64,000 nucleotides of DNA from Parcubacteria group bacterium CG1_02_58_44 (GCA_001872545.1 MNWN01000011.1:2089-66088); one strand, 5' to 3'; counted from the stretch's first letter, positions 53,101-62,277 are shown. Numbers and translations: made by a program. The notes: a model not told the origin generated them from the sequence alone.

Positions 53101-56100
53101 TCTGATCTGCGCCGTCGATCGCGTGATCGTCAGTCCGGAATCGGTCTTGCTGAACAGCGTTCGGGCTCCGGACCGGCCTCTCGTGGCTCGTGGCGTGTCC
53201 GACGACCGCGGCATTCGTGTCGACGGCGATGCCGCTAGTCTGATCGTGCCGACCAGGGAATACTCTTGGTCATGGGAATGGCTGCCGCTCTCTGAGAGGC
53301 TGCCGCATGTCTCTCCGGCCGTACTGAATCCGGTCACTGTCGGAGGGCGGCAGAGCGAGCGAGCGATGGTTCGGGTCAGGGGGCGCGAAACCGGGGACGA
53401 TCCGATCGGATACGTGCCGCAGGACGGTGTTGTAAATGTTTCGGTCAATGCTGTCACCGTCAATCCTGACGGTTCCGTTGCCCGTCTGCCGGTACTCGAC
53501 GGGCTTACCGGTCTGCCCGTACCAGATGAGTTCGTACTCCCTGGTAGTTCAACGGTTACGGTCGCGCTTTGTGACGTCATCTGGCCAAAGGTTCAGACCT
53601 GCGGCGATGATGGGAGGCTGCATCTGCCTTGGGATCCGGACAATCTACTCAATCCGCTCCATGGTGAAGAATGTTCGGCTGGAGTGGAACAGTTCTGGTA
53701 TCCCTTCACGGATCCGGAAACGAAAGCCAGCTTCTACTACTGCCGTGACATCTCGGGAGGCGACGGCGACGATCTTCTGCCGGCCATCGATGAGGATTTC
53801 GTTCTCGTCCACCCGGGCGGCGACATCCTGCACGAGTATCTCTTCACCTTTGCCGGCGCTGGGGCCGGTGATGCTTGGCAGAAAGATGCCGTAGGTTTCC
53901 GGACAATGTACAACCCGAGGCATATCGGCGTGGCCGACTGGTATCGCGACCGCGGTTTCTCCGGTGCGCCGATGCCGTTCAATGTCGACGGATACGACGC
54001 CATGAAGGAAGGTCGGACCGTCTACGTCAATTCCGCGTTTCTGGACGACACCCTGCATCTTTCCACTAACGTCAACGTCTTTTCGTTCAGTGACGGGTCC
54101 GCACCGGAGACGGTCACGGTCTTCAACCAGATAATGAATCGCATCAACTTCAACCGGCAGTCGGGACTCATGGACACTTTCATCTGTCAGGACGACGGCC
54201 GGGCGGTCTTGGACGAGGGCGGAAGCGCTTTGACCTGTTCCATCGATCTCGACTGCACGACAGGCACCTGTGGTGTCCCGAAGTCGAAGCTCGTACGTGA
54301 CGTGCGACGCTGGTCGGACCTTCACACCATGAGGTCTCTTCTCATGGCCAATCGTCCGCTTCCGACATTGGGCGAAGGCACCTTCATACGCTCCAGGACG
54401 TACAGCATCTGGCCGTCATGGGGCGACGTCCTGTCCCTGTCCGTCGGACGAACCATGCCGTCGGATCCCATAAACGCATTGGCATCTTGTTCGAGCGACG
54501 GTTTTGATTCGGAGACCTGCTGGAATTCGGTCAGTCGTGAGTTCAGTTGCGGAAGCCGTTCCAGCATCTATAGGTATCAGATCTTGGCCGGTCAGGCCGA
54601 TCTGTCCGTAGACATGGAGCTGGTCGGTCCGAAATGGAAAGGCACGACCTGCATCGAGATAACGGACAGTGTTGCCTGTGGGGCCATGTCTGGCTGTGTC
54701 TGGACAGGCGCTCCACCGAGCGGTAGCTGCAACTACGAGACCGTCAGGTTCCGTGCCTATGGGATAAACGCCGGTGCCGACATGTGTACCGGAGCGGTTG
54801 AGAGTGAGGAGGCGGGCTGCGGTAACGGCATCATCAATTCCGGTGAGGCCTGCGAACTGGGAGACCTCAGGACTCAGGAAGGAGCAGACGGTATCTGTGT
54901 CGGCGGAACCGTGGAGCAGGCCTGCACGTCGGACTGTCGCGGCTGGGAGGACGTACCCGGAACCTGCCGGATCGGCTACTGCGGCGACGGACGGAGACAG
55001 GGGGCCGAAACCTGCGATGACGGACCGCTCAACGGGACGTACGGGCACTGCAACGGCATCTGCAGAGGTTCGACCTTTTACTGTGGCGATGGTCTGTCCC
55101 ATCCCAGTGAGCTGTGCGATTGCGGCAGCTTGAATGGAAGTTATGCGGTCAACGCGGTTATTGCGCCATCGGGTGGGGTTCGTGCTTGTAGCACTGAAGA
55201 ACCGCGCACTGGGGCTAGTTTCGCTTCCTGTTCCTGGGATTGCCGTGGTCCGGCTCCGCACTGCGGCGACGGCATCATCAACGGCGTCGAGCAGTGCGAT
55301 GGCGGTTCTGAGGAGAGTCGTGGCGTTTGTCGGCGACCGGCTGACGACCCGCTGCATCCGTCGGGAGGCACCTGCACGGCAGACGCCGACTGCAATCTCG
55401 CGGGCGGGGAGCGCTGCGTGACCTGTCTGACTGTCGAACAGAGGTTCCGTCGGGCCTGCAACCCGAATAACGTCACTTCGGCCGATGACGAAAGAGATGG
55501 AGTGCCCAATCAGTCCTGTCACTGGAGTGCCTGGTCGTGTACCGCCCCCGGACGTTGCGGCAACGGCGTGACCGAGACCGGCGAGCAGTGCGACGACGGC
55601 AACGACGAGGATAACGATGCCTGCACCAGCGCCTGCATCAGCAACGTCTGCGGCGACGGATTCGTGAACGCGGCCGGCGGCGAGCTGTGCGACAGCGGCG
55701 GAAGGAACAACACTCCCTGCGTGCCCGAGTACGGGCATACCTGCAACTACTGCACTTCGGCCTGCCGATTGGGTACGGTTTCTGGCGGCTACTGCGGCGA
55801 CGGCCTGCTCCAGAACGCCAGTTCGGAGATACCGGGTCCCGAACAGTGCGACACGCACGGTGTGGTCATCGGTGACGGTTGGGTCTGCGTCAGCACCAGG
55901 CCCAAGGACAGGAGCTTCGGTACGCAGACCGGCTACGGCATCTGCTCGCTGAGCGGATGTGGCTACTCCTGTGCGGACAGAGATTCGGAGCTGTGCCAGA
56001 ATGATGCACTCGATGGCAATTCAGACCTCATACTTCCCGAAAGTTTTGAGGTAAGCATGGCGTCCAGGCCTGAATCCTGCGCCTTTATGGATTACGTTCC

Positions 56101-57238
56101 CTTGCGCATGGCTCCGCCGGTTGGAGGGCGGAGTCCGGGCAGCGAGCCCAGGTCGCTTTTCGAGTTCTGTTTGGATCGGCAGCGTCTGGTCGGCGGCAGT
56201 TCGGGAGAGCCTCCGTTGGCCAGACTGTCTAATAATTGCGATTCGGACGACGACAACGACGGCGTTCCGGACGAATTGGACTGTGGCCCCACAGATCCGT
56301 CGGTCAGGCCGGAGTATCGGATTCCGGGCACCACTCTGGTGGTTCCGGCCGGAGATCAAGAATGCACCGGCGACGGCAACTGCAACGGAGATTTTGGAGA
56401 TCTTCCGCCGTATCTGCATAAGAAGGTTGACATGGTGTTCGTCATCGACGTGACAAGGTCGATGAACAGCATCATCGACTCCCTGATCGACTCCCTGAGT
56501 GATTTCGTCACTAATCTTAGCGGTGCCAGAGGAATAGATCTCCAGTTTGGTTTCGTGACTGTAGGGCAGGCTGAGACTTTAACGCTCAGCATGATGAAGT
56601 CCCATCCGGTTCGTCCCGCCCTAGGGCCGTACATGTTTGCCCAGCTCGACGACATCGGTTCGTTTGGCGACAGCTTGCAGGCAATGAGGGACAATTGCTG
56701 GAGTAATGACGGTCACCATACTGACTTATGCTCTGTCGGCAAATATGAACCCCTTTATGCCGCAGCTTATGCCCTAATGAGACCCGGATCGGTCAGCTGC
56801 GGTCCGGAGGACGGCTGTGACCCGGCATTGGACCAGGTGTTGGATTACGGCATCGCATGGCGGGACGATGCCCAGCCGTATGTGGTGATAGTCGGCGATG
56901 AACCGCCGCCGGTGGGCGCGACATGGAGTGGTGACGATATGACCGGACGGGAGGAAGCTGAGGGGCTCCTGAGGTATATTGATCTTAATCGCGTCGCCGA
57001 TGCGGCCAAGGACTGTACCTTGCCCGGATGCGCTGACGGCGGCTATGTGGAGCTTTTCGTGATCAGTCGGCGGGTCAACAGGGATTACTGGTTGGATGTC
57101 CTGCCTACGACAGAAGACGGTTCGCGTCTGACGGCCGAACAGCGTTACATCAGTTTTGATGACGGCGGCGGGACCAATGGGCTCAACGGCGAGGCCTTGG
57201 TCGCCAGCATATTTCAGTACATCTGCCCTGCTCCCTGA
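47162..57238 (+). CDS. Giant (3358 aa) pilin-anchored multidomain surface protein: pilin, Ig/IPT-TIG, Cys-rich DUF4215-like repeats, TSP3, vWA
   Basis: Uninterrupted ORF; N-terminal pilin; PxxGxxGxxVTxxGxxFG (IPT/TIG) units; CRNA..VEFSQPM (Big_5-like); GExCDDG....DGCS..C repeats; DSDDDNDGVPDELDC; DMVFVIDVTRSM. Confidence 0.85.
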   Translation: MRIDRKKLVTAAVVVFGVALLVFPVLAQTDLGLDYATSTGLGTTDIRTIIGNIVNYFLGLLGIIAVLLILYGGFKWMTSQGNEEQVADAKKIIVSSVIGLAIILSAFAIAQFILRAIISGTGFEGDVGPGGGRCPPGEVCGIPGAGSGGFKVSGVVPAGNGPGGSGWPKNYAITVAFSHEVAAATVNGTSFVVERCNPRLSGGDPAPFNERNCNTVVSGTRTVEANRIVFRPDDTPGDYPTDFEEDYWYRVRVLGGDVTDVRGRILVCPFLPPGPDGDISSPRALSSLCDRAMAFNNLRDVEPPTVRIDSPASAPAYCLDRIRIRARVEDDFLPSRVDFMLDGGLAHLMDADDEPLFSVINAALDNPFLSDSVFIDSSSLADGEHTLSAVGYDGVPQASEAVDKRFRINPAHCCDSVLDAELGEDEIDCGAESGCGACPEGLCTEDADCASGLCESGHCVARPTILDVSPLRAGPGTLVTISGRYFGGTMGQVVFLGGDTDGDGEEAGDDDDRSAAACSPWSWSDDEVVVAVPDGAVTGPLQLITSAGTSDRTDDDFEPMIGAFSVNDEVFPGICYLEPSTGSAGDRFIAHGAGFGDAMGASLIRMGGVSADVAAGGWTASAVSAAVPSVLAEGIYQVGVMVGGLDGIATNQLNFTLRRRDEDVGPRIIEILPSSGPVGSYVTLRGTGFGRRKGLVRFFSSPDGVDGIDSAIAADPICDDNWHDNYIVVKVPDKYIGDLDIDLIRHRVEVETAAPAQTSNRVDFLIDGSPLTPGMCSITPDNGKPGIPVIVSGEGFGPGPANVDAPGFAGFDGRQPESSLRFYVSGAAAAPGLMDGLITKPSTAYLWSRTSVRSAIPGNPADRSTWPNSGPVFVVARNVATRNPIPFKIGDCNDDGICEEGTTCCANGSCRESCEPEARNSKFGWYFSTDVLPTLPVVIQRSSCNMVAGTIQSPTPQHRATDACRNAEAAVEFSQPMNIGSLDDPESLLIEECGSGRDIDCADPPVVVPIARPVGTDLTADGMTILSIHPSSLVYPPNDLDDDENEPFTGYFKIGTWYRVTLVSKPGEVGIFDTTGRYLDGDYDRRAGGNFTWTFRTRTDPAACAADSVMVLPSRYTITHQGMPPDPDIGFSAALMNGANCNRLQCVGREGFDLRWSSDPGVFISLLGAGPVAGCRQQVTGLLETPVDAPERLTVSLRPVGELLDRRSTSAVSVAFADPRVVRVMPTEGCTEACVNAVVGAVFNIPMSARSFAGNVELLQCRNSSCNPPFVPIEFTVTSVRDDGIRVLPLGDPDAVLQVRIEPVPDVGEMPRLTPDTFFKVRIRGGADGVLSTSDIPLTGLNTPGFYEWKFKTRTDGSICEISRAEIVPPNATLRYVSERFGLSVGAYGPAGDECSPDGQEINAWGYDWDWSVDPNPVLVGFIRARDVGSETGIGIRVDTNPAPRRGCDSQCLLVGSTDVVSQCGNTDPADPRPPRDRAEIGEDCDDGDIDGGDGCSANCLAEGSAFPTCGNGRLDSGELCEALPDGEGTLVFPLGCKDPNINIDDRPELNDIGCIFLGSTAGGSVCGDGIWGDGEACEDGNRRDGDGCSADCLHEGTFSICTDATPVDVRCVSQCGNAHIEPGEDPDCDLAGGVALGCDLHSCTKTGSESAQCLNDHLDPGEECRDGNTDNGDGCSSRCLLEGSSAFYRVPSFCGDGFVGQGEHSYCDGDEVEPDRLIDSRQITVAGDYDSTAGAATTSVVHASVDRLPEGSRGNSRVTLTCNCSSQVSPDGYCLGLLDGVPAALRPPAGLACADSGCCAPRPYGRLTYPVEGSVGICRNTAIHLEFDQPMNATSISQNLLIGVDSGPDGCPAALDGGPDESGVIEVPPFPPPLPGPLAVGPGGLLRRAWSAVAAFFGDLFGRPAAGHALGIPHTHFCSITGDVTVRLTDESRTEVEFMLDHALPAGTRIRVRVQPDARTIGGVRINPAGLTAEFTTGDLICAVDRVIVSPESVLLNSVRAPDRPLVARGVSDDRGIRVDGDAASLIVPTREYSWSWEWLPLSERLPHVSPAVLNPVTVGGRQSERAMVRVRGRETGDDPIGYVPQDGVVNVSVNAVTVNPDGSVARLPVLDGLTGLPVPDEFVLPGSSTVTVALCDVIWPKVQTCGDDGRLHLPWDPDNLLNPLHGEECSAGVEQFWYPFTDPETKASFYYCRDISGGDGDDLLPAIDEDFVLVHPGGDILHEYLFTFAGAGAGDAWQKDAVGFRTMYNPRHIGVADWYRDRGFSGAPMPFNVDGYDAMKEGRTVYVNSAFLDDTLHLSTNVNVFSFSDGSAPETVTVFNQIMNRINFNRQSGLMDTFICQDDGRAVLDEGGSALTCSIDLDCTTGTCGVPKSKLVRDVRRWSDLHTMRSLLMANRPLPTLGEGTFIRSRTYSIWPSWGDVLSLSVGRTMPSDPINALASCSSDGFDSETCWNSVSREFSCGSRSSIYRYQILAGQADLSVDMELVGPKWKGTTCIEITDSVACGAMSGCVWTGAPPSGSCNYETVRFRAYGINAGADMCTGAVESEEAGCGNGIINSGEACELGDLRTQEGADGICVGGTVEQACTSDCRGWEDVPGTCRIGYCGDGRRQGAETCDDGPLNGTYGHCNGICRGSTFYCGDGLSHPSELCDCGSLNGSYAVNAVIAPSGGVRACSTEEPRTGASFASCSWDCRGPAPHCGDGIINGVEQCDGGSEESRGVCRRPADDPLHPSGGTCTADADCNLAGGERCVTCLTVEQRFRRACNPNNVTSADDERDGVPNQSCHWSAWSCTAPGRCGNGVTETGEQCDDGNDEDNDACTSACISNVCGDGFVNAAGGELCDSGGRNNTPCVPEYGHTCNYCTSACRLGTVSGGYCGDGLLQNASSEIPGPEQCDTHGVVIGDGWVCVSTRPKDRSFGTQTGYGICSLSGCGYSCADRDSELCQNDALDGNSDLILPESFEVSMASRPESCAFMDYVPLRMAPPVGGRSPGSEPRSLFEFCLDRQRLVGGSSGEPPLARLSNNCDSDDDNDGVPDELDCGPTDPSVRPEYRIPGTTLVVPAGDQECTGDGNCNGDFGDLPPYLHKKVDMVFVIDVTRSMNSIIDSLIDSLSDFVTNLSGARGIDLQFGFVTVGQAETLTLSMMKSHPVRPALGPYMFAQLDDIGSFGDSLQAMRDNCWSNDGHHTDLCSVGKYEPLYAAAYALMRPGSVSCGPEDGCDPALDQVLDYGIAWRDDAQPYVVIVGDEPPPVGATWSGDDMTGREEAEGLLRYIDLNRVADAAKDCTLPGCADGGYVELFVISRRVNRDYWLDVLPTTEDGSRLTAEQRYISFDDGGGTNGLNGEALVASIFQYICPAP

Positions 57239-57244
57239 TTCCTT

Positions 57245-57769
57245 ATGAACAAAAATAATCTTATTTTGATAGTTCTGGGTGCAGCGGCGGTTTTGGCCGT
57301 CGGTATGGCCGTGTTTGCCGTCTTGCGTAATCGGCAGCCGGCCGTGAGTCCACTGGACCGGTTCGACGAACATGGTGCCGTGGAGGTTCCGGTGGGCATC
57401 GACGACGACGGCGGACCGATTGAGGAGACAAGGGCAATCTGCGGCGACGGCATCTGTACTGCGGCCGAGTCCGTAGACATCTGCTGGTCGGATTGCGTCG
57501 ACTACGGTTCGTTCAGCGACATTAGCCTGACGAACCTGTCCGCCGGTCAGGTGGAGATTACCTGGAAGACCTCCAAGCCCATGACTTCGGCCGTAGATTA
57601 CGGCTTCAGCGAAAGCTACGAACTCGGTTCGGTGTCCGATTCCCAGCTGTTGACCGACCACAGACTGTTGACGGTCAGACTGAACGGCAGTGAATTTTTC
57701 TTCAGGCTGCGGGGGACCGACGGGGAGGGCAACGAGGAATCCTTCTCTAGTTTGGGCAACGAAAGATAA
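57245..57769 (+). CDS. Membrane-anchored protein with one CGDGxC repeat and an FN3-like domain
   Basis: N-terminal TM; [20 protein letters not shown]; [18 protein letters not shown]...HRL...FFFRLRGTD. Confidence 0.75.
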   Translation: MNKNNLILIVLGAAAVLAVGMAVFAVLRNRQPAVSPLDRFDEHGAVEVPVGIDDDGGPIEETRAICGDGICTAAESVDICWSDCVDYGSFSDISLTNLSAGQVEITWKTSKPMTSAVDYGFSESYELGSVSDSQLLTDHRLLTVRLNGSEFFFRLRGTDGEGNEESFSSLGNER

Positions 57770-57804
57770 TCGCCCTTTTGCAGGGTAACCAGAATCGCAT
57801 TCAT

Positions 57805-58590
57805 ATGTTCGAAGAGCAGAACGAGCCGGTAGACATATTTTCGGAAACGGAACCGGCCAAGGACGGCGGCATCAGTCCGTCGGTCGGCAGCCAACCTCCG
57901 GTTATGGGCGGATCGCCGCCGTCTTCCGGAACTTTACCTACACCGGTGTCTGGCATAACTCCCCAGATAGACATCGCCGCATCTAGGGGTCCGTCCAAGA
58001 TCCTGTTCGTCGTAATTTTTCTGCTGCTGGTCGGTGCAGTCGGCGTCGGTATCTGGTATTTCGTTCTTAGTGGCGACGGTGCAGTTCCGGTCGGGAACGA
58101 GCCGGCCGACGTCAATTCGAACGATTCCGGTTCGGCGATAGACGTTCAGATTCCGGAGCCGGAGAATCGATCGCTTTGCGGTAACGGAGTCTGCGATCTG
58201 GATGAGGACAAGTTCTCATGTCCGGCGGACTGTCCGCTGATTTCGCCCGTTTGCGGCGACGGCATCTGTCAGGCCGACGAGGGCAGCTTGGACTGTCCGG
58301 CCGACTGCCAGGCCACTCCCGACGAGCCGGTCATGCCGCCGGAACCGGCGAATCAGCCGCTCGACACGGACGGCGACGGCCTGAGTGACGCCGAGGAGAC
58401 GGCACTCGGCACCAATCCGCAGATGGCCGACACTGACGCCGACGGGCTGACGGACCGGGAGGAACTGCGTCAGTACTCGACCGATCCGACCAGTCCGGAC
58501 TCGGACGGCGACGGCTATATCGACGGCGAGGAGGTGTGGGCCGGTTACGACCCCAACGGCCCAGGCAAGCTGCTTAACTTGCCCCAGTAG
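57805..58590 (+). CDS. Membrane protein with two CGxGxC repeats and TSP3-like Ca-binding repeats
   Basis: EPVDIFSE N-terminus, TM, CGNGVC..CPADC-type unit twice, [39 protein letters not shown]. Confidence 0.8.
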   Translation: MFEEQNEPVDIFSETEPAKDGGISPSVGSQPPVMGGSPPSSGTLPTPVSGITPQIDIAASRGPSKILFVVIFLLLVGAVGVGIWYFVLSGDGAVPVGNEPADVNSNDSGSAIDVQIPEPENRSLCGNGVCDLDEDKFSCPADCPLISPVCGDGICQADEGSLDCPADCQATPDEPVMPPEPANQPLDTDGDGLSDAEETALGTNPQMADTDADGLTDREELRQYSTDPTSPDSDGDGYIDGEEVWAGYDPNGPGKLLNLPQ

Positions 58591-58613
58591 CTGAGGGCTA
58601 TTCGATAGGTCCT

Positions 58614-59873
58614 ATGGCAGACGAAAAGAAAATTTCCGACGGTTTGGACAGGCCCTCCGGCACCTTAACGTCTTCGACGTCCGACGCCGACGAGCCGGAG
58701 ATTTTCGTAATGCCGGAGGAATTCTATGGGGCCGCCGTCAAGCCCAAGCCGGAAGCGGCAGTGTCGTCAGCCTCACCTGCGGTTTCGTCGCCTGCAGCCG
58801 TCTCGACCGTCAAGACGGGCAAAGGTTTCACCGTGGCGATCGTCACCTTAGCCGCGATCTTGGTCGTTGCCTTGGGAGTCGCGGTCTATTTCGTGTTTTT
58901 CTCCGGTCCGAAGTCCGTCTGCGGTAACAACCTCTGCGAGTCAGGCGAAACGTTTGCGGCCTGCCCGAACGACTGCGAACCGCCGCCGTCGGTCTGCGGC
59001 GACGGTGACTGTGAGAGTTCCGAGAGCTACCTGTCCTGCCCGTCCGATTGCCGCCAGCCAGATGCCGTCTGCGGGGACAGACAATGCAACGGGGACGAGA
59101 CTGCCGAATCTTGTCCGGAGGACTGCCGGCCGCCGGCTGAGTGCGGCGACGGACGATGCGAAGCCGACCGTGGCGAGAGCTATGATTCCTGCCGGAGCGA
59201 CTGCCAGCCGCCTGAGCCGGTGCCGTCAGTCGATACCGACAGCGACGGTCTGACTGACGTCGAGGAGACGAGTATCTACGGCAGCGACCCCAATGGCACC
59301 AACAGCGACGGCGACAGTTTCGTTGACCTGAACGAGGTGATCAACCTTTTCGATCCGGCCAAGAAGGAACCGGCCCGCCTGATCGACAGTCCCGGAATCT
59401 CCGCCTATCGGAATGAGGATTACGGATTCGAGATTTTCTGCCCTACAGCTTGGGGCAAGAGTGACCTGCCGTCCGAGCAGTCGGTGCGCTTTACTTCGCC
59501 GACCGGCGAGACGGTTAAGGTGACCGTCTTTATCAAGCAGCCGGAGACGACCTTGGACGATTGGTTACGGTCCTCTTCGGTCAGCGGACTGTCGGCAGTC
59601 GGACAGGCCGGCCGGTCTATCAACCGCCATGGCTACGAGCAGGTGACCATGTCGGACCGTCGGACAGTGCTGATTTCGGACGGCACAAATGTAGCCCTGC
59701 TGCGTTACGACCTGGAAGGCCAGCTCGAGGTGCGCTATCGGGTGACGCTGTCCGTCATGGCCAACAGCTTGACTTTCGTGACCAAGCCCTCTCCGTCAGC
59801 CGAGACCTTGTCGGGAACCGGGTCGGTTCTGCCCGTATCTGAATCGTCGGATGCAGAATCGGATCGTCCTTAG
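58614..59873 (+). CDS. Membrane protein with four CGxGxC repeats, TSP3-like repeats and a C-terminal PsbP-like domain
   Basis: EIFVMPEEF N-terminus, TM, four C..C..C..DC units, DTDSDGLTDVEE, YRNEDYGFEIFCPTAW. Confidence 0.78.
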   Translation: MADEKKISDGLDRPSGTLTSSTSDADEPEIFVMPEEFYGAAVKPKPEAAVSSASPAVSSPAAVSTVKTGKGFTVAIVTLAAILVVALGVAVYFVFFSGPKSVCGNNLCESGETFAACPNDCEPPPSVCGDGDCESSESYLSCPSDCRQPDAVCGDRQCNGDETAESCPEDCRPPAECGDGRCEADRGESYDSCRSDCQPPEPVPSVDTDSDGLTDVEETSIYGSDPNGTNSDGDSFVDLNEVINLFDPAKKEPARLIDSPGISAYRNEDYGFEIFCPTAWGKSDLPSEQSVRFTSPTGETVKVTVFIKQPETTLDDWLRSSSVSGLSAVGQAGRSINRHGYEQVTMSDRRTVLISDGTNVALLRYDLEGQLEVRYRVTLSVMANSLTFVTKPSPSAETLSGTGSVLPVSESSDAESDRP

Positions 59874-59925
59874 TTTTTTGGCTGCGGCTGGATAGAGACG
59901 GGAGCGTAGGGTAAGCTGGTGCAGT

Positions 59926-60393
59926 ATGCTGACTATAGACCTGTCCGGACGACCACCGCGGGGGGTGACTGCCGATTCGATGCAGAAATTGACCGTCGCC
60001 GCCTTCAGGATGGCAGGCGGCATCGGGGACGTTCACGTTACGTTTTCGGTAGTCGACGATCGGACCATGATGGGGCTGAATTTCCGGCATCGCGGCGTGA
60101 AGGGGACGACTGACGTGCTGTCTTTTGCCTACGGCACCGACAAGGACGGTTGGCCCGAACCCGACCGAGATGGCAGTCATAAACTTCTAGGCGAGATAGT
60201 CATATCCAGACCGCAAGTGAGCCGTCAGGCCAAGAAGATCGGCAGGACGGTCGCAGACGAGTTTTCGGTTATGGTGGTTCATGGCGTGCTGCATCTGATG
60301 GGTTACGATCACGCCACGAGATGGCAGGAAGACGAGATGTTCGGCCTCCAGCATGAAATTTTGATGTCGCAGAGAATTATTTTCCATCCATGA
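59926..60393 (+). CDS. ybeY: rRNA maturation RNase YbeY
   Basis: LNFRHRG...TDVLSF, LGEIVIS, VHGVLHLMGYDH. Confidence 0.95.
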   Translation: MLTIDLSGRPPRGVTADSMQKLTVAAFRMAGGIGDVHVTFSVVDDRTMMGLNFRHRGVKGTTDVLSFAYGTDKDGWPEPDRDGSHKLLGEIVISRPQVSRQAKKIGRTVADEFSVMVVHGVLHLMGYDHATRWQEDEMFGLQHEILMSQRIIFHP

Positions 60394-60764
60394 TATTCAG
60401 CTCAAGACAGCTTAGAAGAAGCTTTTCGTTCGCCCTTTCCGGCCTGCGTCGTGTGCTGCATGACGAGCAGAACTTTCGTCTGCAGATGCTCGTCGGTCTT
60501 CTGGTCATTGTCGCCATGTTTTTTTTCGACCTGAGCAGCCTGGAGAGGGCCGTTTTGACGCTTGCGATCGCCTTTATCCTCGTGCTAGAATTGATGAACA
60601 GTATTTTTGAACGGGTTGCCGATCTGCTCAAGCCTAGAGTGCACATGCATGTGCAGGAAGTTAAGGACATCATGGCCGGAACGGTACTGCTGGCCTCCAT
60701 GGCTGCGATTCTGGTGGGACTGCTTATACTATGGCCACACCTGACGAACGAGCTGTTCGGTTAA
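60390..60764 (+). CDS. dgkA: Diacylglycerol/undecaprenol kinase (DgkA family)
   Basis: SFSFALSGL..EQNFR, ELMNSIFERVAD, VKDIMAGTVL; ATGA overlap with ybeY. Confidence 0.9.
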   Translation: MIFSSRQLRRSFSFALSGLRRVLHDEQNFRLQMLVGLLVIVAMFFFDLSSLERAVLTLAIAFILVLELMNSIFERVADLLKPRVHMHVQEVKDIMAGTVLLASMAAILVGLLILWPHLTNELFG

Positions 60765-60782
60765 GGCACTACGTCGGATACT

Positions 60783-62033
60783 ATGGCGGACGATTCATTG
60801 TTTGCAGGAATAGACATAGGCTCGACTGCGGTCAGGATTGCGGTCGGTCAGAAGATGCCGAACGCTGATAGGGGTCAGGTCCACATAATTGGGGCAGCCG
60901 AAACCGTGTCCGAAGGCATCAATCGCGGCATCATCAACTCGATCGAGGATGCCGTATCTTCTGTTTCGGCCTGCATCGAGAAGGTAGAACGCATGACCGG
61001 AATGCCTTTCGGTTCGGCTTGGGTTTCAGTCTCCGGTCCGCATGTGAGCATGTTGGAAAGCAGGGGAGTCGTGGCCGTCTCCCGTCCGGACGGAGAGATC
61101 AGGGACAAGGATGTCGAACGGGCGGTCGATGCGGCGCAGACCGTGGCGACCCCGGTCAACTATGAGATCATTCACGTCATCCCCAAGTCGTTTGCCGTCG
61201 ACGGTCAGACCGACGTCAGGGATCCGGTCGGAATGTCAGGTATCAGGTTGGAGGTCAATACGCAGATCATTCAGGGCCTGTCGTCACATATCAGGAATCT
61301 TACCAAATGCGTCTATCGTACCGGCGTGAACATAGAGAAGTTAGTGCTCGGTGCGTTGGCCGCATCCGAAGTGGTCGTGACCTCTCGTCAGAAGGAGCTT
61401 GGAGTGGCGGTCGTCAATATCGGTGGCGCATCGACCAATCTGGCGGTCTTTGAGCATGGTGACCTGCTGCACATCGGAATGATCCCTCTCGGTTCGGATC
61501 ACGTGACGGCCGACATTGCCATCGGCCTGCGCACTTCCATCGACACTGCCGAGCGGGTCAAGCTGCAGCACGCATCGGCAACGCCGAAGAGTTTCGGTAA
61601 GGGTGACCTGATCGACCTGAAGGAGATGGGCGTTCAGGACAGTGAGGAGATCTCCCTGCGCTATGTTTCCCAGATCGTTGAGGCTAGGTGCGAGGAACTT
61701 CTGGAGAAGGTCGACAAGGAGCTTAAGACCGTCGGTCGAAGCGGCCTGCTGCCGGCCGGAATCGTACTGACCGGCGGCGGCGCCAAGTTGCCTGGCCTGG
61801 TCGAGTTGGCCAAGGAGAAGCTGCGTTTGCCGGTGTCATTGGGCTTTCCGGTCGGAATGACCAGCATAACCGACCGGGTCAACGACCTGTCTTTCTCGAC
61901 TGCCATTGGGTTGGTGCAGTGGGGCATCAACGATCTGCCGCCGGAAACCAGGCGAGGAGGACTATTGTCTCGCTATCGGCCGATGGACCTGATGTCTAAG
62001 GGAATAAGAAAGCTGTTCGGTCAGACGTCATAG
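60783..62033 (+). CDS. ftsA: Cell division protein FtsA
   Basis: GIDIGST, DPVGMSGIRLE, VNIGGAST, GSDHVTADIA, VLTGGGAKLPG, C-terminal amphipathic helix. Confidence 0.96.
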   Translation: MADDSLFAGIDIGSTAVRIAVGQKMPNADRGQVHIIGAAETVSEGINRGIINSIEDAVSSVSACIEKVERMTGMPFGSAWVSVSGPHVSMLESRGVVAVSRPDGEIRDKDVERAVDAAQTVATPVNYEIIHVIPKSFAVDGQTDVRDPVGMSGIRLEVNTQIIQGLSSHIRNLTKCVYRTGVNIEKLVLGALAASEVVVTSRQKELGVAVVNIGGASTNLAVFEHGDLLHIGMIPLGSDHVTADIAIGLRTSIDTAERVKLQHASATPKSFGKGDLIDLKEMGVQDSEEISLRYVSQIVEARCEELLEKVDKELKTVGRSGLLPAGIVLTGGGAKLPGLVELAKEKLRLPVSLGFPVGMTSITDRVNDLSFSTAIGLVQWGINDLPPETRRGGLLSRYRPMDLMSKGIRKLFGQTS

Positions 62034-62277
62034 GTCGACTGCTGACCAGTTGGGTATGGACCGATGCGACAGGCGTCGGTTTTGTTTTTTGTCTGACGAA
62101 AAAGCGGCCGTTCGTCAGTTTGGGTCTGCGAATACCTTTTTTGTTCATTTTTAGTTCAAAATCGCTTGACGACTGGTTCTCTTCTCCCATACTCTTACCC
62201 TGTGTTTTGAGATTCTATGGGGAGGTCTCGTTCGGTGCCGAAGTTCGGGTGCCGGGGCCGCCGTTAATCACAAGTCT

